A DNA stretch of 64,000 nt from positions 8,640-72,639 of the forward strand of contig CANRIG010000003.1 of the NCBI GenBank assembly GCA_947630595.1, given 5' to 3'. Source of the DNA: an uncultured Lachnospiraceae bacterium (lineage in GTDB: Bacteria > Bacillota > Clostridia > Lachnospirales > Lachnospiraceae). Both the position numbers and the translations under genes were made by a program. Numbering within the stretch: position 1 is the stretch's first letter; every line of letters starts with the position of its first letter. The notes below the pieces were generated by a model that was not told the DNA's origin, did not search any database, and saw nothing but the letters and a program-made list of their open reading frames with translations. Of the stretch, positions 41,762 to 53,401 are shown piece by piece.

Positions 41762-43918
41762 ATGAAAAGAGAAGAGGCAAGAAAAAGAGCAGAGGCGCTC
41801 GTCGCGCAGATGACGCCGGAGGAGAAGGCGAGTCAGCTGAAGTACAACGCGCCGGCGATCCCTAGGCTTGGCATTCCTGCCTACAACTGGTGGAACGAGG
41901 GGCTGCACGGGGTGGCGCGCGCCGGGCAGGCGACGATGTTTCCCCAGGCGATCGGCCTCGGCGCGACCTTCGATCCGGAGCTTGTGAGGGAGGTCGCGGA
42001 CGTGGTCGCGACGGAGGGGCGCGCCAAGTACAACGCGCACTCCGCCCACGGCGACCGCGATATTTACAAGGGACTGACTTTCTGGTCCCCGAACGTCAAC
42101 ATTTTCCGCGATCCGCGCTGGGGGCGCGGCCATGAGACGTACGGCGAGGACCCGTATCTGACGGGACGGCTCGGCGTGGCCTACGTGAAGGGCCTCCAGG
42201 GGGACGGGGAGACGATGAAGGCGGCGGCGTGCGCGAAGCACTTTGCGGTGCACTCCGGCCCGGAGGGGATCCGCCATGAGTTCGACGCGCAGGCGACCCC
42301 GAAGGACATGGCGGAGACGTACCTGTCCGCGTTCCGGGAGCTCGTCGAGGAGGCGCACGTGGAGGCCGTGATGGGCGCGTACAACCGCACGAACGGCGAG
42401 CCGTGCTGCGCGAGCCCGGCGCTTCAGGGGAAGCTGCGCGGGGAGTGGGGGTTCGAGGGACACTTCGTCTCGGACTGCTGGGCGATCCGCGATTTCCACG
42501 AGCACCATATGGTGACCTCCTCGGCGAAGGAGTCCGCGGCCCTGGCGATCAACAACGGGTGCGATCTGAACTGCGGAAATACATATCTTCATATTATAAA
42601 TGCGTACCGGAGCGGCCTGGTCCGCGAGGAGACGATCACGGAGTCGGCCGTGCGCCTGTTCACGACGCGCTTCCTGCTGGGACTGTTCGACGGGAGTGAA
42701 TACGACGCGATCCCCTACACGGAGGTGGAGTCGAAGGAGCACCTGGCGCTCTCCGAGAAGGCGGCGCTTGAGAGCGTCGTCCTTCTGAAGAACAACGGGA
42801 TCCTCCCGCTGGACAGGAGCAGGCTGAAGACGGTGGGAATCATCGGGCCGAACGCGGACAGCCGCGCTTCGCTCATCGGGAACTACCACGGGACGGCCTC
42901 CCGGTACGTGACGGTGCAGGAGGGACTGCAGGATTATCTGGGCGACGACGTGCGGGTGCTGGTCTCGACCGGCTGCGAGCTGTACAGCGACCGCGCGGAG
43001 AACCTCGCACTCCCGGGGGACCGCCTCGCGGAGGCGAAGATCGTGGCGGAGCACAGCGATGTGGTCATCCTGTGCGTCGGCCTCGACGAGACGCTCGAGG
43101 GCGAGGAGGGGGACACCGGGAACAGCTACGCGTCCGGCGACAAGGAGGATCTGCAGCTCCCGAAGGTGCAGCGCGACCTGATGGAGGCGGTCGCGGAGAC
43201 GGGCAGGCCGGTGGTGCTGTGCCAGATGACCGGGAGCGACGTGGATCTGAGCTATGCCTCGGAGCACTTCGACGCGATCCTGCAGCTCTGGTATCCGGGC
43301 GCGCAGGGCGGACACGCCGTCGCGAAGCTCCTCTTCGGGGATGTCTCGCCGTCCGGGAAGCTCCCGGTCACGTTCTACGAGACGCTGGAGGAGCTGCCGG
43401 AGTTTGAGGACTACTCGATGCAGGGCAGAACGTACCGCTACATGAAGGGCAGGGCGCAGTACCCGTTCGGGTACGGCCTGACGTACGGGGACGTGCACGT
43501 GACGGACGCGCGGATCGAGGCGGAAGATGTTGAGGTTTCAGGTGAGAACGCGGCGGCCGCCGGAGCGGGCTGTGCCGGAGCGGCTCCCGTTCGCCTGAGC
43601 GTGACGGCAGAGAACACGGGGAGCGTCCTCACCGAGGACGTCGTCCAGGTGTATATCCGGTGTCTGGACTCGGAGTTTGCTGCGCCGAATCCGTCGCTCT
43701 GCGCGTTTCAGAGGATCCGGCTCGCGCCGGGCGGGCGGAAGACCGTGACGCTCGCGCTGAGGCCGGAGGCGTTCACCGTCGTGGATGAGGCAGGCGTGCG
43801 CAGAGTCGACGGCCGGAGGTTTGCGCTCTATGCGGGCTGCAGTCAGCCGGACGCGAGGAGCACCGAGCTGACCGGGCACGCGCCTGTGAAACTCTTTTTC
43901 GAGTTTCTCACCATGTGA
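41762..43918 (+). CDS. glycoside hydrolase family 3 (beta-glucosidase/beta-xylosidase type)
   Basis: 718 aa. WNEGLHGV, FSPNVNIFRDPRWGRG-like, KHFAVHSGPE, GHFVSDCWA (nucleophile Asp context). Confidence 0.85.
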   Translation: MKREEARKRAEALVAQMTPEEKASQLKYNAPAIPRLGIPAYNWWNEGLHGVARAGQATMFPQAIGLGATFDPELVREVADVVATEGRAKYNAHSAHGDRDIYKGLTFWSPNVNIFRDPRWGRGHETYGEDPYLTGRLGVAYVKGLQGDGETMKAAACAKHFAVHSGPEGIRHEFDAQATPKDMAETYLSAFRELVEEAHVEAVMGAYNRTNGEPCCASPALQGKLRGEWGFEGHFVSDCWAIRDFHEHHMVTSSAKESAALAINNGCDLNCGNTYLHIINAYRSGLVREETITESAVRLFTTRFLLGLFDGSEYDAIPYTEVESKEHLALSEKAALESVVLLKNNGILPLDRSRLKTVGIIGPNADSRASLIGNYHGTASRYVTVQEGLQDYLGDDVRVLVSTGCELYSDRAENLALPGDRLAEAKIVAEHSDVVILCVGLDETLEGEEGDTGNSYASGDKEDLQLPKVQRDLMEAVAETGRPVVLCQMTGSDVDLSYASEHFDAILQLWYPGAQGGHAVAKLLFGDVSPSGKLPVTFYETLEELPEFEDYSMQGRTYRYMKGRAQYPFGYGLTYGDVHVTDARIEAEDVEVSGENAAAAGAGCAGAAPVRLSVTAENTGSVLTEDVVQVYIRCLDSEFAAPNPSLCAFQRIRLAPGGRKTVTLALRPEAFTVVDEAGVRRVDGRRFALYAGCSQPDARSTELTGHAPVKLFFEFLTM

Positions 43919-43928
43919 ACGGGTGGGC

Positions 43929-44049
43929 GACCTGCAGGATGATCTGTGGAATGACCTGCAGAACGACAGGCGGGACGACCTGCAGAAATGGTTTGCGAAA
44001 TGACCTGCAGGATGATTTGCAAAATGACTTGCAGAATGACTGAGATAAG
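43929..44049 (+). repeat. 12-nt-period tandem array (about 10 units, GAYYTGCARRAT)
   Basis: gacctgcaggat gatctgtggaat gacctgcagaac gacaggcgggac gacctgcagaaa tggtttgcgaaat gacctgcaggat gatttgcaaaat gacttgcagaat gactgagataag. Confidence 0.8.
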
Positions 44050-44076
44050 GATACATGTCTGAGGGGATGCAGAACG

Positions 44077-45744
44077 ATGCTTTGCAGCAATCCGATCATT
44101 CCGGGGTTTGCCCCGGATCCCTCTCTCTGCAGAGCGGGGGACGACTATTATCTGGTCAATTCGACTTTTGCCTATTTCCCGGGTGTGCCTGTGTTTCACA
44201 GCAGGGACCTGGCGAACTGGAAACAGATCGGGAACGTGCTTGACCGCAGCTCACAGATACCGCTGGCGGGCTGCGGTCATTCGGAGGGGATCTATGCCCC
44301 GACGATCCGTTTCCACGAGGGCATCTTTTATATGATCACGACAAATCTTACAGGCGGAGGAAACTTCCTCGTCACCGCCCGGGATCCCGCGGGACCCTGG
44401 TCAGAGCCGTATTATCTCGGCGAAGCGGCGAAGGGGATCGATCCGAGTCTGTTTTTTGATGTGGACGGAAGCTGTTACTATATCGGACAGCGCGAGAACT
44501 CGGCGGGCGGCCGGTATTTCGGCGACTGCGAGATCTGGATCCGGCGGCTGGACACGGAGCGGATGCAGCTGGTCGGGGAGGATGCGGCCGTGCTGTACGG
44601 CTTCCAGAAGCGTGCGGTGTGGGCCGAGGGCCCGCACCTGTACTACAGGGACGGATACTATTACATCCTCCATGCGGAGAGCGGGACGGAGTTCGACCAC
44701 TGCGTGGTGGCGGCCAGGAGCCACAGCGTCCTAGGCCCGTACGAGTACTGTCCGCACAACCCGATCCTGACGCACAGGCATCTGGGGGCCGGGTATCCGG
44801 TCACCTGTGTCGGCCACGGCGATCTGGCGGAGGACGGCCGCGGGAACTGGTATATGGCGGTGCTCGGATGCCGCCCGCAGCAGGGGTACACGCTGATGGG
44901 GCGGGAGACGTTCCTGGCGCGGGTCGTCTGGGAGGACGGCTGGCCCGTCGTGAATCCGGGCGTGGGACGGCTGGAGGAGCGGTTCGAGCTGCCGGGTGCC
45001 CCGGCGGGGCATGCCGAAGGCGCTGCGGAGGAAGGCGGTGCCGCGGAGAAGGGAAACTTCGCGGGACAGAGCCGCCGGGAGGAGTACCGCTTCGCGGAAA
45101 GCGCGCTTCCACCGCAGTTTCTGATGCTGCGCAACCCGGCGGAGGGCACCGTCTCCCTGACGGAACGCCCCGGTTTCCTGCGGCTGCATATGCGGCCGGA
45201 GACACTGAAGGACACGGCGTCGCCGGCTTACGTCGGGCTGCGCCAGAGGGACCGGAACTATGAGGTGGAGACTGTCCTGCAGCCGCATTTTTGCGGGGCG
45301 GGGGACTGCGCGGGGCTGGCGGTCGTGCAGAGCAACGAGAACCACATCCGCGTGGAGTGCGGCGCGGCCGCGGAGAACAGCGAATCCGGTGAACCAGATC
45401 TGTGTGATCGGGCGATTGTGTGCGAAAATGGCCTGCACATCCGCGTGGTCGCGTGCAGGAAAGGCGTGGACTCGGTGATTGCGGAGGACGAGGCGTGTGT
45501 CCGGCGCGGGGAGATCCGGCTGAAGGTCTCCGTGCGCGGGCTCCTGGCAGACTTTTACCTGGGAGACGGGGAAACCTGGAGGGCTCTGGCGGAGGACGTG
45601 GATCTTCGCTTTCTGAGCACCGAGGAGGCCGGCGGCTTCGTCGGGTGCACGGTGGGAATGTACGCGTCGTCGAACGGGGCGGACAGAGGCGGCTGCGCGG
45701 ATTTCGCGCGGTTCACCTACAGCGGAGAGACGGCGGGGGAATGA
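44077..45744 (+). CDS. glycoside hydrolase family 43 (beta-xylosidase/alpha-L-arabinofuranosidase type)
   Basis: 555 aa. NPIIPGFAPDPSLCRAGDDYYLVNSTF, EGPHLYYRDGYYY. C-terminal beta-sandwich region. Confidence 0.85.
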   Translation: MLCSNPIIPGFAPDPSLCRAGDDYYLVNSTFAYFPGVPVFHSRDLANWKQIGNVLDRSSQIPLAGCGHSEGIYAPTIRFHEGIFYMITTNLTGGGNFLVTARDPAGPWSEPYYLGEAAKGIDPSLFFDVDGSCYYIGQRENSAGGRYFGDCEIWIRRLDTERMQLVGEDAAVLYGFQKRAVWAEGPHLYYRDGYYYILHAESGTEFDHCVVAARSHSVLGPYEYCPHNPILTHRHLGAGYPVTCVGHGDLAEDGRGNWYMAVLGCRPQQGYTLMGRETFLARVVWEDGWPVVNPGVGRLEERFELPGAPAGHAEGAAEEGGAAEKGNFAGQSRREEYRFAESALPPQFLMLRNPAEGTVSLTERPGFLRLHMRPETLKDTASPAYVGLRQRDRNYEVETVLQPHFCGAGDCAGLAVVQSNENHIRVECGAAAENSESGEPDLCDRAIVCENGLHIRVVACRKGVDSVIAEDEACVRRGEIRLKVSVRGLLADFYLGDGETWRALAEDVDLRFLSTEEAGGFVGCTVGMYASSNGADRGGCADFARFTYSGETAGE

Positions 45745-45748
45745 TCCG

Positions 45749-45947
45749 ATGGTGAACGATATGACGGCGGGGAAACCGCTGGGGACAATTCTGAAAATGT
45801 CGGTTCCGATCATGGCCGGGAACCTCTTTCAGCAGTTCTACAGCATGACGGACACGGTGATCGTGGAGCGTGGCGACGGCGATGCTGATCCTGTTCTACC
45901 AAAGAGAGATCCGGAAAGCTTCGAGATTCTTTGGAGAAAGTGAATGA
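45749..45947 (+). pseudogene. relic of a MATE family efflux transporter gene (internal deletion)
   Basis: First ~37 codons give the MATE N-terminus GKPLGTILKMSVPIMAGNLFQQFYSMTDTVIV, then the frame degenerates. The +1 frame reads SVATAMLILFYQREIRK, which resembles a MATE C-terminus. Total under 70 codons against ~450 expected. Confidence 0.6.
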
Positions 45948-45960
45948 GAGGAGAAGGAAG

Positions 45961-47142
45961 ATGAAAGAGATCACGAAACAGCGCCTCCGCGGTGTGGTCG
46001 CGGCGGCGATCGCGGACGGAACGACCGCGGGAGTCAACCTCCTGGTCCTGAAGGACGGCCGGGAGCTTTTCTATGACGAGCAGGGCTTTGCCAGCCGGGA
46101 GCAGGGGATCCCGATCCGGAGGGACACGATCTTCCGGCTGTTTTCCATGTCGAAACCGATCACCGCGGCCGCGGTCATGATCCTCGTGGAGCGCGGGCAG
46201 ATCGACCTGGGACAGCAGGTGTCCGAGTTTCTTCCCGGCTTCGCGGGCCAGAAGGTAGAGCGGGACGGAAAGCTGGAGGACGCGGTCACGCCGGTCACCC
46301 TGCTGCATCTGTTCAACATGACCTCCGGCATCACCTACGGGGACGAGGAGTCGGCGGCGGGGCGGATGGTGCTCGGCTATCTGGACGCCTGCGCCGGGAA
46401 ACTGCACACGGAGGACGAGGTGTCCACCGTGGATTTTGCGGACGGGCTGGGGCGGATCCCGCTCGCGTTCGAGCCGGACAGCTCATGGCACTACGGGCTG
46501 TCGGCGGATGTCCTCGGGGCGGTCGTCGAGCGCGCCTCCGGCATGCGGTTCGGCGATTTCCTGAAGGAGAACCTCTTCGGACCGCTCGGGATGAAGGATA
46601 CGGATTTCTGGGTGCCCGCGGAGAAACAGAGCCGTCTCGCGTACGCGTACGGGAGTACGGCGGGCGGGGAGATGGAGCTGTACACCGGGGAGAATCTGCT
46701 GATCTCCAGCCGGATGGAGACCAGGCCCCGGTATGAGGCGGGCGGCGCCGGTCTGGCCTCGACGATCGACGATTACGCGAGGTTCGCCCAGATGCTCCTG
46801 AACGGGGGCAGCCTGGACGGCGTGCAGATCCTCTCGCCGCGGACAGTCGAATTCCTGACAGGTGGCGAGCTGACGGACGCGCAGCAGGCGTCCTACCGGC
46901 ACTGGGTAGGACTCGAGGGATTCTCGTACTCCCACCTGATGCGCATCATGAAAAATCCCGGCCAGGCCGCCACTCTGGCGAGGGAGGGCGAGTATGGCTG
47001 GGACGGATGGCTCGGATGTTATTTCGCGAATTTCCCGAGGGAATGCATGACGCTGCTGATGATGCAGCAGAAGAAGGATGCCGGAACGATCGCCATGACG
47101 CGCAGGATCCGGAATGTTCTGCTCGCGGATGAACTCATATGA
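45961..47142 (+). CDS. serine hydrolase (beta-lactamase/PBP4*-like family)
   Basis: ATG 45961 after GAGGAGAAGG. SxxK motif FSMSKPIT. ~393 aa. Confidence 0.8.
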   Translation: MKEITKQRLRGVVAAAIADGTTAGVNLLVLKDGRELFYDEQGFASREQGIPIRRDTIFRLFSMSKPITAAAVMILVERGQIDLGQQVSEFLPGFAGQKVERDGKLEDAVTPVTLLHLFNMTSGITYGDEESAAGRMVLGYLDACAGKLHTEDEVSTVDFADGLGRIPLAFEPDSSWHYGLSADVLGAVVERASGMRFGDFLKENLFGPLGMKDTDFWVPAEKQSRLAYAYGSTAGGEMELYTGENLLISSRMETRPRYEAGGAGLASTIDDYARFAQMLLNGGSLDGVQILSPRTVEFLTGGELTDAQQASYRHWVGLEGFSYSHLMRIMKNPGQAATLAREGEYGWDGWLGCYFANFPRECMTLLMMQQKKDAGTIAMTRRIRNVLLADELI

Positions 47143-47150
47143 AACGGATG

Positions 47151-48032
47151 TCACTCATCGTCGCCGCGCGTTTCGGGAGCGCTTTTCTTCCGGGACTCGC
47201 GGCGCGTCTGTTTCTGGTCTTTCAGATCGCTCATCAGCTTTCGGAGCGACATATCCTCGGACAGATAGTCGGAGGTCGGGACGGATTCCTCTTCGTCGTA
47301 ATCATCCTCGGGATATCCGTACGGCGCGTAGCTCTGTCCCTGCGGTGCGCGGCCGCCGGTGTACGGCGCATAGCCCCGGCCCTGCGGCGGATAGGGCGGA
47401 CGGGGATTTTGCGGCTGCCGGTACGGGTACGGCTGATACGGCGCGGAGCCCGGCGGATAGACCGACGGCGGCGTCTCGCCCGCGTACGGCGGGTAAGGCG
47501 CAGCGGCGGCGTATGCGGCCTCCGGCTCCTGCCGGCGCTTCCGGCCCCAGGGGCGGAAGATGGTCTTGCGGCCGGTCCAGCCGATGATGCGCACGACGAC
47601 GATGCCCCAGAAGACGCCGAACGAATCGATCAGCACATCCCGCTTCGACGGCCCCCGCCCGGCCACAAAGGACTGGTGATATTCGTCCCCGCAGGCGAAG
47701 GCGACGCAGAAAAATCCGGCCACCAGCATCAGCAGGATCCCCCGCAGGCCGTAGACATACAGCGGAAACGCCACCGAGATCGCAAGCACGAAGTATTCGG
47801 TCATGTGCGCGAGCTTGCGGATGGCCCCGTGAAAACGGTCCGCCAGCTTTTCAATCTCCCAGGGCTCGAAATCCGCCCCCAGAAGCTCGCCGCCGATCTC
47901 GACGACCTTGTAGCTAATCTTGTAGCTCAGCTGCGACGAGGCAGCGCCGTCCTGCGCGGAAAAAGAAAAAATCATGTACATCATCAGAAACGCCGGCAGA
48001 AACGACAGCGGTTTTAAAAGACTTCTTATCAT
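47151..48032 (-). CDS. VanZ-like membrane protein with Pro/Tyr/Gly-rich acidic-ended C-terminal tail
   Basis: ATG at 48032 (MIRSLLKPLSFLPAFLMMYMIF...) after AAGGGGAG. FHGAIRKLAHMTEYFVLA and GDEYHQSF are VanZ-like. Listed ORF extends 163 codons further upstream through the rpsL promoter region. Confidence 0.75.
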   Translation of the reverse strand: MIRSLLKPLSFLPAFLMMYMIFSFSAQDGAASSQLSYKISYKVVEIGGELLGADFEPWEIEKLADRFHGAIRKLAHMTEYFVLAISVAFPLYVYGLRGILLMLVAGFFCVAFACGDEYHQSFVAGRGPSKRDVLIDSFGVFWGIVVVRIIGWTGRKTIFRPWGRKRRQEPEAAYAAAAPYPPYAGETPPSVYPPGSAPYQPYPYRQPQNPRPPYPPQGRGYAPYTGGRAPQGQSYAPYGYPEDDYDEEESVPTSDYLSEDMSLRKLMSDLKDQKQTRRESRKKSAPETRGDDE

Positions 48033-48254
48033 ATGAACTCCCCTTTTCAGGCCTTCCGGACGCGGAAACGTCCGAGAATGTTCCTTATATATAATATGCA
48101 TTTGCCCGGCTCCAATTTCCGGGCTTCCCTGTTTCTTCTGCATTTTATCATCGCCGTCTGCGGCTGTCCAGTGGTTTAAGGAATTCATAAGAAAATCTAC
48201 CGCAGAATCGCCGGTTTTCTGCCGATTTTCCGTCGTTTTTTCCGCAGAAACCGC

Positions 48255-48283
48255 TTGACAGAGGGGATTCGCGTAAGTATAAT
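48255..48283 (+). promoter_or_regulatory. consensus sigma-A promoter of the rpsL-rpsG-fusA(-tuf) operon
   Basis: TTGACA 48255-48260, exactly 17 nt, TATAAT 48278-48283. Confidence 0.75.
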
Positions 48284-48511
48284 GAGAGGGTGCGTGACCC
48301 CGCATGTTTTTTTGTTGTGTATCGGGATATGCGGGCGCCGCGGCACAGAATTTGGTCCGTGCGATGCTGTTTGGGCGGGCACAGGGCTTAATGAAGAAAG
48401 AACGCAACCACACGTAAAGAGAAATGACCAGACCGGGTATCGGAGATATCCGGCCCGCGGACGGGCCGCCGGACGGCCCAGCCGCACAAAAAATCAGGAG
48501 GTGAAAGAGTA

Positions 48512-48934
48512 ATGCCAACATTTAACCAGTTAGTCAGAAAAGGCAGACAGACATCCGTAAAGAAATCGACTGCACCGGCTCTCCAGAAAGGCTATAACTC
48601 TCTGAGAAAGAAAGCGACGGATGCGTCTTCTCCGCAGAAGCGCGGCGTCTGCACCGCAGTGAAGACCGCCACGCCGAAGAAGCCGAACTCCGCGCTCCGC
48701 AAGATCGCCAGAGTGCGTCTGTCAAACGGAATCGAAGTCACGAGCTACATTCCGGGCGAAGGCCACAACCTTCAGGAGCACAGCGTTGTGCTGATCCGCG
48801 GAGGCAGGGTAAGGGACCTTCCGGGTACCAGATACCACATCGTCAGAGGTACGCTGGATACGGCAGGCGTTGCAAAGAGACGTCAGGCCCGTTCCAAATA
48901 CGGCGCAAAGAGACCGAAAGACGCGAAGAAGTAA
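48512..48934 (+). CDS. rpsL: 30S ribosomal protein S12
   Basis: [13 protein letters not shown]..., [10 protein letters not shown], 140 aa. Confidence 0.97.
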   Translation: MPTFNQLVRKGRQTSVKKSTAPALQKGYNSLRKKATDASSPQKRGVCTAVKTATPKKPNSALRKIARVRLSNGIEVTSYIPGEGHNLQEHSVVLIRGGRVRDLPGTRYHIVRGTLDTAGVAKRRQARSKYGAKRPKDAKK

Positions 48935-49068
48935 TTATCCAGTATCACAAACTTGATTTTGTTTCACCCAATGTTGTGCGGAGTTCTTGTTGCCAGGTGG
49001 TTGCAGGTTAATACAGAAGTCCGAGCATGATACACGAAACACAATCGTGAGTACCTGTGATTTAATGA

Positions 49069-49626
<558 letters not shown>

Positions 49627-49663
49627 CCGAAAGCAGGCTTGCAATAGTTTAGGAGGAAAAAAT

Positions 49664-51781
<2,118 letters not shown>

Positions 51782-51830
51782 AAACCGTGGAAATTCCACG
51801 AAAATAATGCAGGAACAGGCCAAAAAAGGC

Positions 51831-51859
51831 TTGAAAAGAAAGGCGTTTTGAAATATAAT
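51831..51859 (+). promoter_or_regulatory. candidate internal promoter for tuf
   Basis: TTGAAA 51831-51836, 17-nt spacer, TATAAT 51854-51859. Confidence 0.6.
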
Positions 51860-51920
51860 CAGAACTAGCCGATTTAAAGTAAAAGATGCGATAAGCAATT
51901 GATTAAGGAGGACATTCAAA

Positions 51921-53114
51921 ATGGCAAAGGCTAAATTTGAGAGAACAAAACCGCATTGTAACATTGGTACTATCGGACATGTTGACCATGGTAAAACGAC
52001 TCTTACAGCTGCAATCACAAAGACCCTTCAGATGAGACTTGGCCTTGGCGAGGCTGTTGCATTCGAAAACATTGATAAGGCTCCGGAAGAGAGAGAGCGT
52101 GGTATCACGATTTCTACCGCTCACGTTGAGTATGAGACACAGAAGAGACACTATGCGCACGTTGACTGCCCAGGTCATGCTGACTACGTAAAGAACATGA
52201 TCACCGGCGCTGCTCAGATGGACGGCGCTATCCTCGTTGTTGCCGCTACCGACGGCGTTATGGCTCAGACCAAGGAGCACATCCTTCTGTCCCGTCAGGT
52301 AGGCGTTCCGTATATCGTAGTATTCATGAACAAGTGCGACATGGTTGACGACGAAGAGCTGCTCGAGCTGGTTGACATGGAGATCCGTGAGCTGCTGAAC
52401 GAGTATGAGTTCCCGGGCGACGACACACCGATCATCCAGGGTTCCGCTCTGAAGGCTCTTGAGGATCCGATGAGCGAGTGGGGCGACAAGGTTCTCGAGC
52501 TCATGGACGCTGTTGACGAGTGGGTTCCGGATCCGAAGCGTGCGACGGACCAGCCGTTCCTGATGCCGGTTGAGGACGTGTTCACGATCACAGGCCGTGG
52601 TACCGTTGCTACGGGCAGAGTTGAGCGTGGCCTGCTTCACCTGAACGAGGAAGTTGAGATCGTTGGTATCAGAGAGCAGATTCAGAAGACGACCGTTACC
52701 GGTATCGAGATGTTCCGTAAGCTCCTTGACGAGGCGCAGGCCGGCGACAACATCGGCGCTCTGCTTCGCGGTATCAAGAGAGAGAACATCGAGAGAGGCC
52801 AGGTTCTGGTAAAACCGGGTTCCATCAAATGCCACACAAAGTTCACGGCTCAGGTTTACGTCCTGACCAAGGATGAGGGCGGCCGTCATACTCCGTTCTT
52901 CAACAACTACCGTCCGCAGTTCTATTTCAGAACCACCGACGTTACCGGCGTGATCAATCTGCCGGAGGGCGTTGAGATGTGCATGCCTGGCGACAACGTT
53001 GAGATGACCATCGAGCTGATCCATCCGATCGCTATGGAGCAGGGTCTTACGTTCGCTATCCGCGAGGGCGGCCGTACGGTTGGTTCAGGCCGTGTTGCTA
53101 CGGTTATCGAGTAA
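51921..53114 (+). CDS. tuf: elongation factor Tu
   Basis: 397 aa. [21 protein letters not shown]. Confidence 0.98.
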   Translation: MAKAKFERTKPHCNIGTIGHVDHGKTTLTAAITKTLQMRLGLGEAVAFENIDKAPEERERGITISTAHVEYETQKRHYAHVDCPGHADYVKNMITGAAQMDGAILVVAATDGVMAQTKEHILLSRQVGVPYIVVFMNKCDMVDDEELLELVDMEIRELLNEYEFPGDDTPIIQGSALKALEDPMSEWGDKVLELMDAVDEWVPDPKRATDQPFLMPVEDVFTITGRGTVATGRVERGLLHLNEEVEIVGIREQIQKTTVTGIEMFRKLLDEAQAGDNIGALLRGIKRENIERGQVLVKPGSIKCHTKFTAQVYVLTKDEGGRHTPFFNNYRPQFYFRTTDVTGVINLPEGVEMCMPGDNVEMTIELIHPIAMEQGLTFAIREGGRTVGSGRVATVIE

Positions 53115-53241
53115 CTGTGAGCACTTAATGAGTGCAAAGCGCGAATTCAGTGGGAACGTCCGCATCGAACCTTGGCGAAATCGAGCGGCAGCGACGATTG
53201 CGCTTGGTTGAGAGGCGAATCGAATAATGCAGTAAAATCAA

Positions 53242-53274
53242 GGCTTCCGGGGTATTTCTCCGGGAGCCTTTTTT
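53242..53274 (+). terminator. rho-independent terminator downstream of tuf
   Basis: GGCTTCCGG (53242-53250) / CCGGGAGCC (53260-53268), one mismatch, followed by TTTTTT. Confidence 0.65.
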
Positions 53275-53319
53275 CGCTTTTTATGGCGCGGAGATTTATA
53301 CGTATTGCCTTCCCGGGGA

Positions 53320-53348
53320 TTGATAAAGAGGAAGAAATATTGTACAAT
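53320..53348 (+). promoter_or_regulatory. candidate sigma-A promoter of the lipoprotein-kinase pair
   Basis: TTGATA 53320-53325, 17-nt spacer, TACAAT 53343-53348. Confidence 0.55.
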
Positions 53349-53401
53349 GGTACAACAATGGCCGGAATCTGCTTTGGAAAAAAGTATTCGGAGGGGACAG
53401 G

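Noticed and set aside
48033-48521. Upstream 163 codons of listed ORF 47151..48521
   Set aside because: They run antisense through the rpsL promoter and leader. The VanZ similarity and an RBS begin at ATG 48032.
53115-53241. ~125 nt between the tuf stop and its terminator as a possible small RNA
   Set aside because: It contains only short hairpins and a loose direct repeat (ggcgaaatcga / ggcgaatcgaa). There is no promoter or independent terminator to support a separate gene.
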